A DNA stretch of 64,000 bases from an uncultured Actinomycetes bacterium (GTDB lineage: Bacteria > Actinomycetota > Acidimicrobiia > Acidimicrobiales > JACCXE01). Both the position numbers and the translations under genes were made by a program. Position 1 is the first letter of the stretch. The number at the start of each line of letters is the position of its first letter. Positions 1 to 12,111 of the stretch are shown here, piece after piece. The DNA lies in the NCBI GenBank assembly GCA_963722185.1, contig CAVRKD010000002.1, positions 79,362-143,361 of the forward strand, in the 5' to 3' direction. Under the pieces are notes generated by a model. The model was not told the DNA's origin, made no database searches, and worked only from the letters and a program-made list of their open reading frames with translations.

Positions 1-70
1 TTCCGTCGCGCAACCAACCGCGCGCAACACCACTCAAGCGGGGCCCGCTACCGGTAACCTGACACAAGCA

Positions 71-730
71 ATGGATACGGCATCCCTGCTCGCTGGGGCG
101 GAACTCTTTCGATTCTTTGACGCGTCGTCGCTCGACGACCTCGCGTCGCACGCCATCCCTATCCGCTACGGCCGCGGCGAGATCATCTTCACCGAAGGCG
201 CGACCGCCGACCGGCTCTACGTCGTCAAGGAAGGCCGCGTCGCCATCGCCAAGCGCGCCTTCGACGGCCGGGAATCTGTGGTGGCGTTGATGGAAGAAGG
301 CGACCTGTTCGGCGAGATGCCGTTGTTCGACGGCCAACCCCGCACCGCCGAGGCGCGCTCCCTGGAGCCCACCGAGATGGTGGTCGTGCCCTACCACGTG
401 GTGCGTGACGTGCTCGAGAACGCTCCGGCCCTGTTGTGGGGCGTCGTCGAGCTGCTCTCCAACCGGCTGCGTCAAACCGACTCGGCGCTCGCCGACTCGA
501 TGTTCCTCGACGTCACGGGTCGCACCGCCAAGCGCCTGCTGGAACTCGCGGGCGAGAACGAGGAGTTCGTCCTGCCCGTCACGCAGGAAGAGCTCGCCGG
601 CATGGTCGGCGCGTCGCGGGAACGGGTGAACAAGGCCCTGTCGGCGTTCATCCGCCTTGGCTGGCTCGACCAGTCCGATCGCCGTTACCGCATCATCGAC
701 CGACCGCAGCTCGCCCAACGCGCGATGTAG
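71..730 (+). CDS. Crp/Fnr family transcriptional regulator
   Basis: cNMP-binding domain (GDLFGEM...PRTA) plus C-terminal HTH (TQEELAGMVGASRERVNKAL), similar to actinobacterial Crp/GlxR. Confidence 0.92.
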   Translation: MDTASLLAGAELFRFFDASSLDDLASHAIPIRYGRGEIIFTEGATADRLYVVKEGRVAIAKRAFDGRESVVALMEEGDLFGEMPLFDGQPRTAEARSLEPTEMVVVPYHVVRDVLENAPALLWGVVELLSNRLRQTDSALADSMFLDVTGRTAKRLLELAGENEEFVLPVTQEELAGMVGASRERVNKALSAFIRLGWLDQSDRRYRIIDRPQLAQRAM

Positions 731-758
731 GTAGAGCCGAACGGGTACCACCAGCGGC

Positions 759-2156
759 ATGAGCGACAACGCCGCTGTACTCCAAGGATCGTTATGGGCC
801 CGCGACCTCGGTCGTCGCTATCCCGCACTAGGTGAGGAGCGGGAGGTCGACGTCGTGGTCGTCGGCGCCGGGATCGCCGGACTCGTCACCGCCACGCTGC
901 TGAAAGACGCGGGGTGCGACGTGTTGGTGATCGAGCGCGACGTGATCGGCGGCGTCGCCACGCGCAACACGACGGCCAAGGTCACCGCGCTGCAAGGCAC
1001 GACCCTCTCGAGGATCGCCACCAGCCGCGACGCCGACGCCGCTCTCGCCTATGCCAGTGCGCAGATGGACGCCGTCATCGGACTACGACAGCTGATCGAG
1101 TCGAAGGGCATCGACTGCGCATTGACGACGGCCGACGCCATCACGTTCGGCTCGCACGACGACGGCGCCGCGCGCGTCAACGAAGAAATCCACGCGGCCC
1201 GCCGCGCCGGACTTCCCGTGGAATCGACCGAAGACATCGGCTTCCCCATCGAGGTGAAGGCCGCCGCCCGCCTGCGCGACCAGTTCCACATGAACCCGGC
1301 GCTGCTCTGCCGCGGACTCGCCGAGCACCTCGGCGACGACGCCATCGTGGAGTACACCGGGGTAGACGAAATCGATGAGCACGACCGCGCCGTCACCGTC
1401 ACCACCGAGAACGCCCGCGTGCGCGCCCGCTACGCGGTGCTGGCGACGCAGTCGCCGATCATCGACCCGATGCTGCTCGCCAACCGGTGCGTGCCGTCGC
1501 AGTCGTATGCCATCGCCGCCACGACGGACTTCGAGATTCCCAACACGATGTGCCTCTCCGCCGACGAGTTCACGATCTCGTTGCGACCGGCGATGGACGG
1601 CGACGAACCCGTGCTGATCGTCGGAGGCAACGGCCACCACGTCGGCGACTTCGCGTCACCGAAGCGGTGGAACGAGCTGGAAGTGTGGGCCGAGAAACTT
1701 GGGCAGATACAGGTGCGGCACCGCTGGGCGACCCACGACTTGGTCACCACGGACTACGTCCCGTTCGTCGGGCTGCTGCGGCCGAGCTCGGAGAGCCGCT
1801 TCGTGGCGACCGGCTTCGGCAAGTGGGGCATGACGAACAGCTACGTAGCGGCGCGTCTCATCACCGACATGATCGCCGGCAACGAAGCGGCTCCGTGGGC
1901 GCCGACTTTCGACTCGACGCGTGTCCGCTCCACGCTCACGCGCAACATGGCTACGGCAGGTTCGACGGCGGTGCACCACCTCGTGGGTGACCGGCTCGCC
2001 GGTCGGCCCGAACCGCGCTGCACGCATCAGGGCTGCGTGCTGCGCCGCGACGACGCGCTCGACACGTGGGACTGTCCGTGCCACGGGTCGCGCTTCGACC
2101 GCAAAGGCGACGTTCTCCAGGGACCGGCGAACACGCCGCTGAAATCGGATAGCTGA
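759..2156 (+). CDS. FAD-dependent oxidoreductase (DAO family) with C-terminal Rieske [2Fe-2S] motif (YhfW-like)
   Basis: GAGIAG dinucleotide motif, GFGKWGMT, C-terminal CTHQGC...CPCHGSRF. Confidence 0.85.
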   Translation: MSDNAAVLQGSLWARDLGRRYPALGEEREVDVVVVGAGIAGLVTATLLKDAGCDVLVIERDVIGGVATRNTTAKVTALQGTTLSRIATSRDADAALAYASAQMDAVIGLRQLIESKGIDCALTTADAITFGSHDDGAARVNEEIHAARRAGLPVESTEDIGFPIEVKAAARLRDQFHMNPALLCRGLAEHLGDDAIVEYTGVDEIDEHDRAVTVTTENARVRARYAVLATQSPIIDPMLLANRCVPSQSYAIAATTDFEIPNTMCLSADEFTISLRPAMDGDEPVLIVGGNGHHVGDFASPKRWNELEVWAEKLGQIQVRHRWATHDLVTTDYVPFVGLLRPSSESRFVATGFGKWGMTNSYVAARLITDMIAGNEAAPWAPTFDSTRVRSTLTRNMATAGSTAVHHLVGDRLAGRPEPRCTHQGCVLRRDDALDTWDCPCHGSRFDRKGDVLQGPANTPLKSDS

Positions 2157-2186
2157 TCGCCACACCCTCTCTGTAGCGTCGGCCCA

Positions 2187-3020
2187 ATGGCTGAGGACCA
2201 AGAGTGGGACGTCGACAAGGAACGCGCTGACCAATTCGCACTGCTCACGGGCGTCAAGCCGGCGGAGCGGCCGGGCGAATACATCGGCATCACCGTCGAC
2301 GACGGCGATCACACCATGTTCGGTGGCGCGGTCATCGGCCAGGCGATCACGGCGATCACGCGCGACGCCCCCGAAGGCCGGCGGCTGCACTCCCTGCACG
2401 GCTACTTCCTCCGACCCACCAGCCCGCGGCAGCCGATCGATTACGTCGTCTCCACGATCCGCGACGGCCGCTCCTATTCGTCGCGCCGGCTGACGGCGAG
2501 CCAGAACGGCAAAGCGGTGTTCGAGGCGATGGGCTCGTTCACGTCCGACACCGAGGGTTGGCTCTACGACCTGCCCCACACCAGCGCGCTCCCGTCGCTC
2601 GACGAGGGCGAGCGCGGCTTTGGCATGGCGGGGTTCGAAGCGGTGTACCTCGGCGCCACCGAACAACGCACCGACGGTACGTACGAGTCGACGGAGCGCA
2701 AGTGGTTCCGCCTGCCGTTGGATATCGGTGACGATGTCCACCTGCACACCGCTTACATGGGACTGGTGTCGGACTGGACGGGCATGGGATCGCGCCCGTT
2801 GGCGATGGACTGGCAGTGGGAGCCTGGCAGCACCGGGCCGCCGGTCGCCAGCCTCGACCATTCGGTGTGGTTCCACCGTCCGGCGCGCATCACCGACTGG
2901 CACTTCCTCGACCTGCACTCGTTGGTCAACTACGGAGGCCGCGGCCAGATCCGCCTGACCATCCGCAACGAGGCGGGCGAGGTCGTGCTGTCGATGGCGC
3001 AAGAACTGCTTCTGCGATAG
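2187..3020 (+). CDS. Acyl-CoA thioesterase II (TesB family)
   Basis: FGGAVIGQA, LHSLHGYFLRP, RDGRSYSSRR, SLDHSVWFHRP motifs. Confidence 0.85.
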   Translation: MAEDQEWDVDKERADQFALLTGVKPAERPGEYIGITVDDGDHTMFGGAVIGQAITAITRDAPEGRRLHSLHGYFLRPTSPRQPIDYVVSTIRDGRSYSSRRLTASQNGKAVFEAMGSFTSDTEGWLYDLPHTSALPSLDEGERGFGMAGFEAVYLGATEQRTDGTYESTERKWFRLPLDIGDDVHLHTAYMGLVSDWTGMGSRPLAMDWQWEPGSTGPPVASLDHSVWFHRPARITDWHFLDLHSLVNYGGRGQIRLTIRNEAGEVVLSMAQELLLR

Positions 3021-3089
3021 GCAGTCGCCTCGCAACCGGAGGTTGCTCGCCGAGCTAGCCCGCACGGTGAAAGTTCTCGCCGAAGGGTC

Positions 3090-3120
3090 TTGACCTCAAG
3101 CGCCCTTTAACTCGTACGGT
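3090..3120 (+). promoter_or_regulatory. MerR/SoxR-type promoter (19-bp spacer), leaderless
   Basis: TTGACC-19 nt-TACGGT ending 6 nt before the ATG; contains CCTCAAG, a SoxR-box-like half site. Confidence 0.55.
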
Positions 3121-3126
3121 GCTCGC

Positions 3127-3492
3127 ATGTTCCTCGAACACGTGAACCTGACCGTCAGCGATCTCGACCGTTCGATCGCGTTCTATAGCGACCTGCTCGA
3201 CCTGCACGTGCGGTGGAAGGGCTTGATCGACGACTCGCGGCTGGGCGCGCACGTCGGCGACGACCGCTGCTACCTGGCGCTGTTCCAAGCGACCACTGAT
3301 GGCGACGTCGACCACGACTACACGCGCCCGGGACTGAACCATTTCGGCTTCGTGGTCGACGACCTCGAAGACGCCCGCCGTCGCCTCACAGAACTCGGCG
3401 CCACTATTCACCTCGAGGCCGACTACGAGCCGGGCCGCCGCATCTACTTCATGGACCCCGACGGCCACGAAGTCGAACTGGTCGCGTACTAG
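3127..3492 (+). CDS. VOC/glyoxalase family protein
   Basis: LEHVNLTVSDLDRSIAFY, NHFGFVVDD, YFMDPDGHEVEL. Confidence 0.88.
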   Translation: MFLEHVNLTVSDLDRSIAFYSDLLDLHVRWKGLIDDSRLGAHVGDDRCYLALFQATTDGDVDHDYTRPGLNHFGFVVDDLEDARRRLTELGATIHLEADYEPGRRIYFMDPDGHEVELVAY

Positions 3493-4535
3493 CCCAGGTT
3501 CGAATCGGCGAGACGGGCGAAGCCGTCGCGGATGGAGCGGGCGCGCACCGCGCCGACGCCACCGACCGCGTCGAGTTCATCGGCGGTGGCCGTGAGCATC
3601 TTGGAGAGCGCGCCGAAGCGCACGACGACCGCCTCGATCACCGCCTCAGGCAAACGGGGCAGCCGGTGCAACTGGCGATAGCCCCGCGGCGTGATCTGCG
3701 AATCCTGATCGGCGTTGCCAAGCCCGAGGACGCGCGCCACCACCGAGAGGTCGACGAGCTCTTCGTCCGATAGCCCGGCGAGCGCTGACTCGGCGCGGTC
3801 GAACGCCGCGTCGGCGACGTAGTCACGCAACACCAGCAGGCGGTCGTCGTCGACGCCGGCCACCAACTCGTCGAGCTGGAGGAGCACGAGCCGGCCTTCG
3901 TTGCCCAACTCCACGATGCGGTCGTAGATCTCGTCGGCCACGCGGCGCACCATCTCGATGCGTTGCAACACGAGCGCAACGTCGCGCACCGTTGCCTGGT
4001 CGCGCAGTTCGAGCGAGTTGAGGATCCCCTCCACGGCATCGAGCCGGTACTTGTAGCGCTCGAGGGTTTGCAAAGCCTGGGCGGCGTTGGCGAGCAGCCC
4101 CGGCGTTGGGACCACGCGATGCTTATGCCGTCCGCGGTACACCGTGATTATCGACATGTCCTCCGACACGCTGATCACGGGGATGTCGAGGTGCCGGGCG
4201 ACACGCTCGGCGGTGCGGTGGCGGGTGCCGGTTTCGGTCGTCGGGACCGCCGGGTCGGGGACGAGATGCACGTTGGCCCGGGCAATGCGTTGCGCGTCGG
4301 CGGTCACCACGATGGCGCCGTCCATCTTCGCCAGCTCTGACAATCGCTGGGCGGAGAACTCGGCGTCGAGCAGGAAGCCGCCGCTCGAGACGGCGAGAAC
4401 CTCGGGGCCGTCACCGATTACGACCAACGCGCCCATGTTCGCTTGCAGGATCCGGTCGAGCCCTTCGCGCAAGGGCGTGCCGGGCGCGATGGCAGCGAGC
4501 GCTTCGATCATCGCGGCCGGTCGCCGGGGCTGCAT
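3489..4535 (-). CDS. disA: DNA integrity scanning diadenylate cyclase DisA
   Basis: APGTPLREGL, ELAKMDGA (DGA), TGTRHRTAER (RHR), C-terminal HhH; start chosen at ATG 4535. Confidence 0.93.
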   Translation of the reverse strand: MQPRRPAAMIEALAAIAPGTPLREGLDRILQANMGALVVIGDGPEVLAVSSGGFLLDAEFSAQRLSELAKMDGAIVVTADAQRIARANVHLVPDPAVPTTETGTRHRTAERVARHLDIPVISVSEDMSIITVYRGRHKHRVVPTPGLLANAAQALQTLERYKYRLDAVEGILNSLELRDQATVRDVALVLQRIEMVRRVADEIYDRIVELGNEGRLVLLQLDELVAGVDDDRLLVLRDYVADAAFDRAESALAGLSDEELVDLSVVARVLGLGNADQDSQITPRGYRQLHRLPRLPEAVIEAVVVRFGALSKMLTATADELDAVGGVGAVRARSIRDGFARLADSNLG

Positions 4536-4611
4536 CAAGTCAAATGCTACTTGTCGCGTCGACGCCGCCCGTCCGCGATACCGCGCCACACCCCCGGCGT
4601 AAGTTGGCGGA

Positions 4612-5049
4612 ATGACTCCTCCTAAAGCTCGCTTTGGCGGTATCGACGTCGTCCCCACCGACATGGCCGCGTCCCTTGCCTTCTACCGCGAACTTGGCCT
4701 GGATATCCCTGACGACCAGGTGTGGTTTGTCGACGGCGTGCCGCACCATGTCGACCTGCATTTCGAGGGCGAGTACGGCATGGATATCGACAGCCAGCGG
4801 CTGACGGTCGGCTACGACCCGGGATGGAATCCGGGCACACGGTTCGTGCTCATGTTCCGCACCGACAGTCGTGAGGATGTCGACGCGCTGCACGACCACA
4901 TGGTCAGCCTCGGCCACCCGTCACACAAACCGCCGTTCGACGCGTTCTGGGGCGCTCGCTACGCGGTGCTCGTCGACCCCGACGGCATCCACGTCAGCCT
5001 GATGAGCCCGATGGACAAGTCGATGGGCGGGCCGCCGCCGGACTTTTAG
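4612..5049 (+). CDS. VOC/glyoxalase family protein
   Basis: DMAASLAFYRELG, PFDAFWGARYAVLVDPDG. Confidence 0.85.
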   Translation: MTPPKARFGGIDVVPTDMAASLAFYRELGLDIPDDQVWFVDGVPHHVDLHFEGEYGMDIDSQRLTVGYDPGWNPGTRFVLMFRTDSREDVDALHDHMVSLGHPSHKPPFDAFWGARYAVLVDPDGIHVSLMSPMDKSMGGPPPDF

Positions 5050-6392
5050 GTCCGCATGTAGCTGACAGCGTCGCGCACGTCCTTCACCCGGATCAGCTGC
5101 AGTCCTTCGATCTCAGGGGTCGCCCGCGGTACGACCGCCTGCGTAAAACCGAGGCGCTTCGCTTCGGCCAACCGTCGTTCCATGTGACTCACCCGGCGCA
5201 CTTCGCCGCCAAGGCCGACCTCGCCGCACGCCACGATGTTCGGCGGGATCGGCGAGCCGGTGGTCGCGGACGCGATCGCCATGCAGACGCCGAGATCGCC
5301 GGCGGGTTCCTGGATTCGCACGCCGCCCAGGGCCGACGCGTACACGTCGCGCTCGAAGAACTTGAAGTCGGCGCGCTTTTCAAGCACGGCGAGCAGCACG
5401 GCGAGGCGGCTGTTGTCGATGCCCTGGGCGGAGCGGCGCGGGTTCGGCGCTTTGGTTTCGGCCACGAGCGCTTGCACTTCGACCAGCAAAGTGCGGCGGC
5501 CTTCGGTAATCGGCACGACACACGAACCAGGTAGATCTGGCCGCCGGTCGCCGAGCAACAACTCCGTTGGGTCTTCGAGCCCGACCAGTCCCTCGTCGCG
5601 CATCTCGAACAGACCGAGTTCGCCCGTCGGGCCGAAGCGGTGCTTGGACGCCCGCAGCAAACGCAGCGCATGGTGACGGTCACCCTCGAACGACAGCACG
5701 GTGTCGACCACGTGCTCGAGCACGCGCGGCCCAGCGAGCGCGCCTTCCTTGGTCACGTGGCCGACGAGCACAGTCGCCACGCCCGACGCCTTCGCCGCCA
5801 TCACCAGCGCGTGCGCGCAGTCGCGCACTTGGCTCACCGATCCGGGCGACGACTCCAGGTCGGGGTCGAACACAGTCTGGATCGAGTCGATTACCAAGAG
5901 CTCCGGCTGCACTTCGGCCACCGCCGCCAGGATGGCCGGCATTGCCGTCTCGGCGACGATCCACAGGCCCTCGTGGCGAGAGCCAAGGCGTAGCGCTCGG
6001 AGTTGGACTTGCTGCGGCGATTCTTCGGCCGAAACCAGCAGGCCGCGCCGACCTTCGACCGCGAGTGCCGTGAGCATCTGCAGCGTCAGCGTTGACTTGC
6101 CGATGCCAGGCTCGCCTCCGAGCAAGGTCACCGAGCCAGCGACGAGCCCGCCGCCGAGCACACGATCCAACTCCGAGATTCCCGTCGCCCGCATGCGGGC
6201 GGCCGACGGGTCAACCGACGCCAGCGGTACCGGCCGCGCCGCCGGGCCGCTGTACTCAGCTGCCGCGCGCGGGTGCTCGAATTCCTCTACCAGGGTGTTC
6301 CACTCGCTGCAGCCGGAGCACTGCCCCGACCACTTCGGGTGCGCCGCCCCGCACGACTCACAGCGGTAGATCGTGCGTGTCTTGGCCACCAC
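5046..6392 (-). CDS. radA: DNA repair protein RadA/Sms
   Basis: C4 zinc finger (CESC...CSGC), Walker A GGEPGIGKST, KHRFG motif, Lon-like C-terminus; start may be GTG 6389. Confidence 0.96.
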   Translation of the reverse strand: MVAKTRTIYRCESCGAAHPKWSGQCSGCSEWNTLVEEFEHPRAAAEYSGPAARPVPLASVDPSAARMRATGISELDRVLGGGLVAGSVTLLGGEPGIGKSTLTLQMLTALAVEGRRGLLVSAEESPQQVQLRALRLGSRHEGLWIVAETAMPAILAAVAEVQPELLVIDSIQTVFDPDLESSPGSVSQVRDCAHALVMAAKASGVATVLVGHVTKEGALAGPRVLEHVVDTVLSFEGDRHHALRLLRASKHRFGPTGELGLFEMRDEGLVGLEDPTELLLGDRRPDLPGSCVVPITEGRRTLLVEVQALVAETKAPNPRRSAQGIDNSRLAVLLAVLEKRADFKFFERDVYASALGGVRIQEPAGDLGVCMAIASATTGSPIPPNIVACGEVGLGGEVRRVSHMERRLAEAKRLGFTQAVVPRATPEIEGLQLIRVKDVRDAVSYMRT

Positions 6393-6457
6393 GCGATCCT
6401 ACGGAGACGGTGTACCGCCGAAAGTCATAGCTCTATCTCGACGCCGCCGGCGGGAAC

Positions 6458-6504
6458 TTCTTGGTGGATCTCTGTGCCGATTCGGGCCACGGATCCACCA
6501 AGAA
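6458..6504. repeat. 47-nt palindromic element (solo copy)
   Basis: TTCTTGGTGGATC...GATCCACCAAGAA, perfect 13-bp arms, total 47 nt. Confidence 0.75.
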
Positions 6505-6532
6505 AACGATGCCTAGACAGCGGGGCCTGAAT

Positions 6533-6721
6533 TCAGGCGAGCGCCGCGGCGACTACGAGACCGACGACGATCATCACGCAGCCGGCGAGGCGGAAGTACG
6601 ACACCGACCGATCGTCATCGCTGTAAGGAACGTGGCGAAGCTTGTTGGCGAAGTTCGCTGAGCCCAGCGGCCACAACGCCAACGTGACACCGGCGATCAC
6701 CAAGACCAAGGCGAGGAACAC
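6533..6721 (-). CDS. Small membrane protein (two TM helices)
   Basis: Two hydrophobic segments; GTG start just after the upstream stop. Confidence 0.5.
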   Translation of the reverse strand: MFLALVLVIAGVTLALWPLGSANFANKLRHVPYSDDDRSVSYFRLAGCVMIVVGLVVAAALA

Positions 6722-6731
6722 GGTTTCGACG

Positions 6732-7295
6732 CTAGAGCACAGGGCTCGGTACCGAGTCGCCCTTCGCCCCTTCGGTCGCGAGGTAGTGGAGCACCTCCTC
6801 CACGCACGCCTCGAGGGGCTGGGTCGTGTCGACGACCAGCGCGCCGGTTGCCGGTCGGTGCGACCGTCGGTCGCCGGACGCGCGCACCTCCGCGGCGCCT
6901 GCCGACCCGTCCACCTGACTCGGTCGACGAACCCGCGCCTCGACGCGCCCGTCGGCAACGTCAAGCGGGCACGCGCACTCGACGAAGTAATACGGCACAC
7001 CAGCTGTGGCGGCGGCCTCCATGCCCCGGCGCGGTATGTCTTCGTATACGGACGGGCTGTCGATCACCACGGCGTGGCCCTGGGCGAGCAGATCGGCGAC
7101 GACGTGAAAGATCACGCTGTACGACGCGCCGCCAGCGGGCGGGTGCGGGACGCCGGCGTCGAGGATCGCCGTCTTGGTCGTGTCGTGGTCGATCACGACC
7201 GCGTCGGTCGCACGCCCCACAGCGCGGGCGAGCGCCGACTTACCGCTGCCGTTCCACCCCGACATCTGCAATAGGAACTGCGGCACGTCACCCAC
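6732..7295 (-). CDS. P-loop kinase / AAA_33 family protein
   Basis: Walker A GWNGSGKS, AVVIDS, VECAC. Confidence 0.8.
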   Translation of the reverse strand: MGDVPQFLLQMSGWNGSGKSALARAVGRATDAVVIDHDTTKTAILDAGVPHPPAGGASYSVIFHVVADLLAQGHAVVIDSPSVYEDIPRRGMEAAATAGVPYYFVECACPLDVADGRVEARVRRPSQVDGSAGAAEVRASGDRRSHRPATGALVVDTTQPLEACVEEVLHYLATEGAKGDSVPSPVL

Positions 7296-8019
7296 GGCGT
7301 CGGCCGCCGAGGCCGACGATCAGCGCGGTGCCGGCGGCGAGCACGGCGAGGGCGCCGAGGCCGACGGGCAACACGTTCCATTTCTTGGCAGTGGCCGTCA
7401 GTTCGATGCGGTCACCGAGCTTGGGGTGCCACGCGGCGGAGCTGCCGGACTCGGTGGTGGCGTTGGACGACACCTCGCCGGGCAGCAGCACACCAACGGT
7501 GATCGGTAGCGCGGCGCGCAGTTCGGTGCCGATGCGTTTGGCGAATTCCTCGGGCGTGGCGCCGAGCGGAGACCCGAGTTCCTTCGCCAGCGTTTCGTCG
7601 CTGAACGACTCGATTCCCTTGTGCAGGTCGACGGTGCCGCGGAACCGCGTGGTCGTACGCAACAGCGACCGGTCTTGGGTGACGGTGAAGTCGTTGAAGA
7701 GGCCGCTGCCGCCGTCGAGTTCGCGCACGGCGCGCGCCGCGCCCGCCGACGAAGTGAACTTCTTGATCGCCGTAATGCGGACGTCGCCGTCGATCTTCAC
7801 CGGCCCCTCGACCTTCCACCCAGCCTGCTTCAAGTCTTCGACGCGCAACTTGCCCGTGAGGTCGCCCACCAAGTCCTGGGCGGCGCGGTCGAGCGTGACG
7901 ACGGCTACGACCCGTCCCCCGCCGTGATCGTTGGCGTCGATGCCGACGCGCACCGCCGCCTGGCAGCCGCCGAGGAGGAAGAGCGCGGCCGCCGCCGCGA
8001 TGAGGCGCAGGAGTCGCAA
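7288..8019 (-). CDS. Putative lipoprotein with C-terminal TM helix (LppM-like)
   Basis: Signal peptide with lipobox LGGC, C-terminal hydrophobic helix; start uncertain. Confidence 0.6.
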   Translation of the reverse strand: MRLLRLIAAAAALFLLGGCQAAVRVGIDANDHGGGRVVAVVTLDRAAQDLVGDLTGKLRVEDLKQAGWKVEGPVKIDGDVRITAIKKFTSSAGAARAVRELDGGSGLFNDFTVTQDRSLLRTTTRFRGTVDLHKGIESFSDETLAKELGSPLGATPEEFAKRIGTELRAALPITVGVLLPGEVSSNATTESGSSAAWHPKLGDRIELTATAKKWNVLPVGLGALAVLAAGTALIVGLGGRRRG

Positions 8020-8027
8020 GACGATCC

Positions 8028-8411
8028 CTACGTGGTGCGGACGATGAGCAGCGCGCACGGCGACATCTTCGTGACCTTGTTGGGCACGCTGTTGCTGGTG
8101 AAGCGGCCGATGCCCTGCATGCCCTTGTTCCCGAGCACGAGCAGGTCGTAGCCACCGTTCACGGCTTCGGCGACGAGCGCCTCCGCCGGCGGCGCGTCGA
8201 CCGCTTTGCCGACCGCCTTTTTGATCCCCGCGACCTTGACGCGCGCGAGCGCAGTGGCCACGACGTCGTCGGCCTTGGGGCTCTTGCCCGCCGAGAACAC
8301 CGTCAGCGCCGCGCCCGACGCGACGGCGACCCCGATGGCTTTGTCCACGGCAATGGCCGCGGTAGCCGAGCCGTCAGTCCCAACCAAAATGTGCTTGTAA
8401 GGGCCCGCCAC
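8028..8411 (-). CDS. Universal stress protein
   Basis: YKHILVGTDGSATA, LLVLGNKGMQG, SVPNKV..SPCALLIV. Confidence 0.88.
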   Translation of the reverse strand: MAGPYKHILVGTDGSATAAIAVDKAIGVAVASGAALTVFSAGKSPKADDVVATALARVKVAGIKKAVGKAVDAPPAEALVAEAVNGGYDLLVLGNKGMQGIGRFTSNSVPNKVTKMSPCALLIVRTT

Positions 8412-8422
8412 GACGGCAAGTT

Positions 8423-10939
<2,517 letters not shown>

Positions 10940-11080
10940 GTGGCCTCCCCTGTCGTGGTGGCTGTTGAGTTATGAGTTTACGTGGTGGGTGGCCGTTGGC
11001 CTGATCGCTTCGACCTAGGTGTTACCCAAGTCGTCCGGATTGTCCGCTGGTAACTGTTACCACGTAGCTTTATCGGTTAG

Positions 11081-12061
11081 ATGGTCAACGTTTTGGAGGC
11101 CCTGGATCTTCCCTGGCTGCCCGACGCGCTGACGCGCACTGAGGTTCGGTTGCGCGAGGCAGTGACCGCCGAGGACCCCTACCTCACAGAAATCGCTGGT
11201 CATCTCATCGGCGCCGGAGGCAAACGTCTGAGGCCCGTGCTGGCCATGGTGGCCGCGGCTGCCGGTGGAGCTCCTGTGAGCGATGACGTGATCACTGGAG
11301 GTGTATCCGTAGAGCTGGTCCACATTGGATCGCTTTATCACGACGATGTCATGGACGACGCCGAGACCCGCCGCGGAGTTCCGTCAGTGAATGCCAAATG
11401 GGGCAACCTCGTGGCGATTCTTTCGGGCGACTTCTTGCTTTCGCGGGCGTCGGAGCTGGCGGCGTCGTTGGGGACCGAGGTGGCAGGACTGCTGGCGGCG
11501 ACGATCGGGCGCTTGTGCGAGGGTCAGGTCGGCGAGCTCAAGACGGCGTATTCGGCCGATCGTTCCGAACCGGCCTATTACGGGTCGATCAACGGCAAGA
11601 CGGCGTCGCTTCTGGCGACCGCGGCTCGCATCGGCGGCATCGTGGCCGGGCTCCCCCGCAATCAGATCGAGGCGCTCACGACCTACGGCGACAATTTCGG
11701 GATGGCTTTTCAGCTGATCGACGACGTACTGGATCTCGTGGCCACCGACGAAGAACTCGGCAAGCCCGCGGGCAACGACCTAGTCGAGGGCGTTTATACG
11801 TTGCCCGTCATCCGCGCGCTGGCCGACGACGACATCGGCCCGCAGCTGCGTTCCTTGCTCGGCGGCCACCTCGACTTCAACGCGCGCGACTCGGCGCGCC
11901 AAATGGTGCGTGCTTCAGACGGGATCGACTACACGATCGACATGGCCCGCGACTACATCGCCCGCGGCGCCGACGCCATGGGCGCCCTCCCGGCCAACCC
12001 CGCCCGCGACGGCCTCTGCCGAATCGGCGACGAACTCATCGCCGCCATCCCCCGCCGCTGA
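11081..12061 (+). CDS. Polyprenyl diphosphate synthase
   Basis: GGKRLRP, FARM HDDVMD, SARM IDDVLD, GKTA. Confidence 0.92.
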   Translation: MVNVLEALDLPWLPDALTRTEVRLREAVTAEDPYLTEIAGHLIGAGGKRLRPVLAMVAAAAGGAPVSDDVITGGVSVELVHIGSLYHDDVMDDAETRRGVPSVNAKWGNLVAILSGDFLLSRASELAASLGTEVAGLLAATIGRLCEGQVGELKTAYSADRSEPAYYGSINGKTASLLATAARIGGIVAGLPRNQIEALTTYGDNFGMAFQLIDDVLDLVATDEELGKPAGNDLVEGVYTLPVIRALADDDIGPQLRSLLGGHLDFNARDSARQMVRASDGIDYTIDMARDYIARGADAMGALPANPARDGLCRIGDELIAAIPRR

Positions 12062-12064
12062 GCG

Positions 12065-12111
12065 TTCTTTGCAGCCAGACGGGTGCGAGAGCCCCACTTC
12101 GCTGCAATGAA
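12065..12111. repeat. 47-nt palindromic element (degenerate solo copy)
   Basis: TTCTTTGCAGC...GCTGCAATGAA, 10/11 arm match, total 47 nt. Confidence 0.55.
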
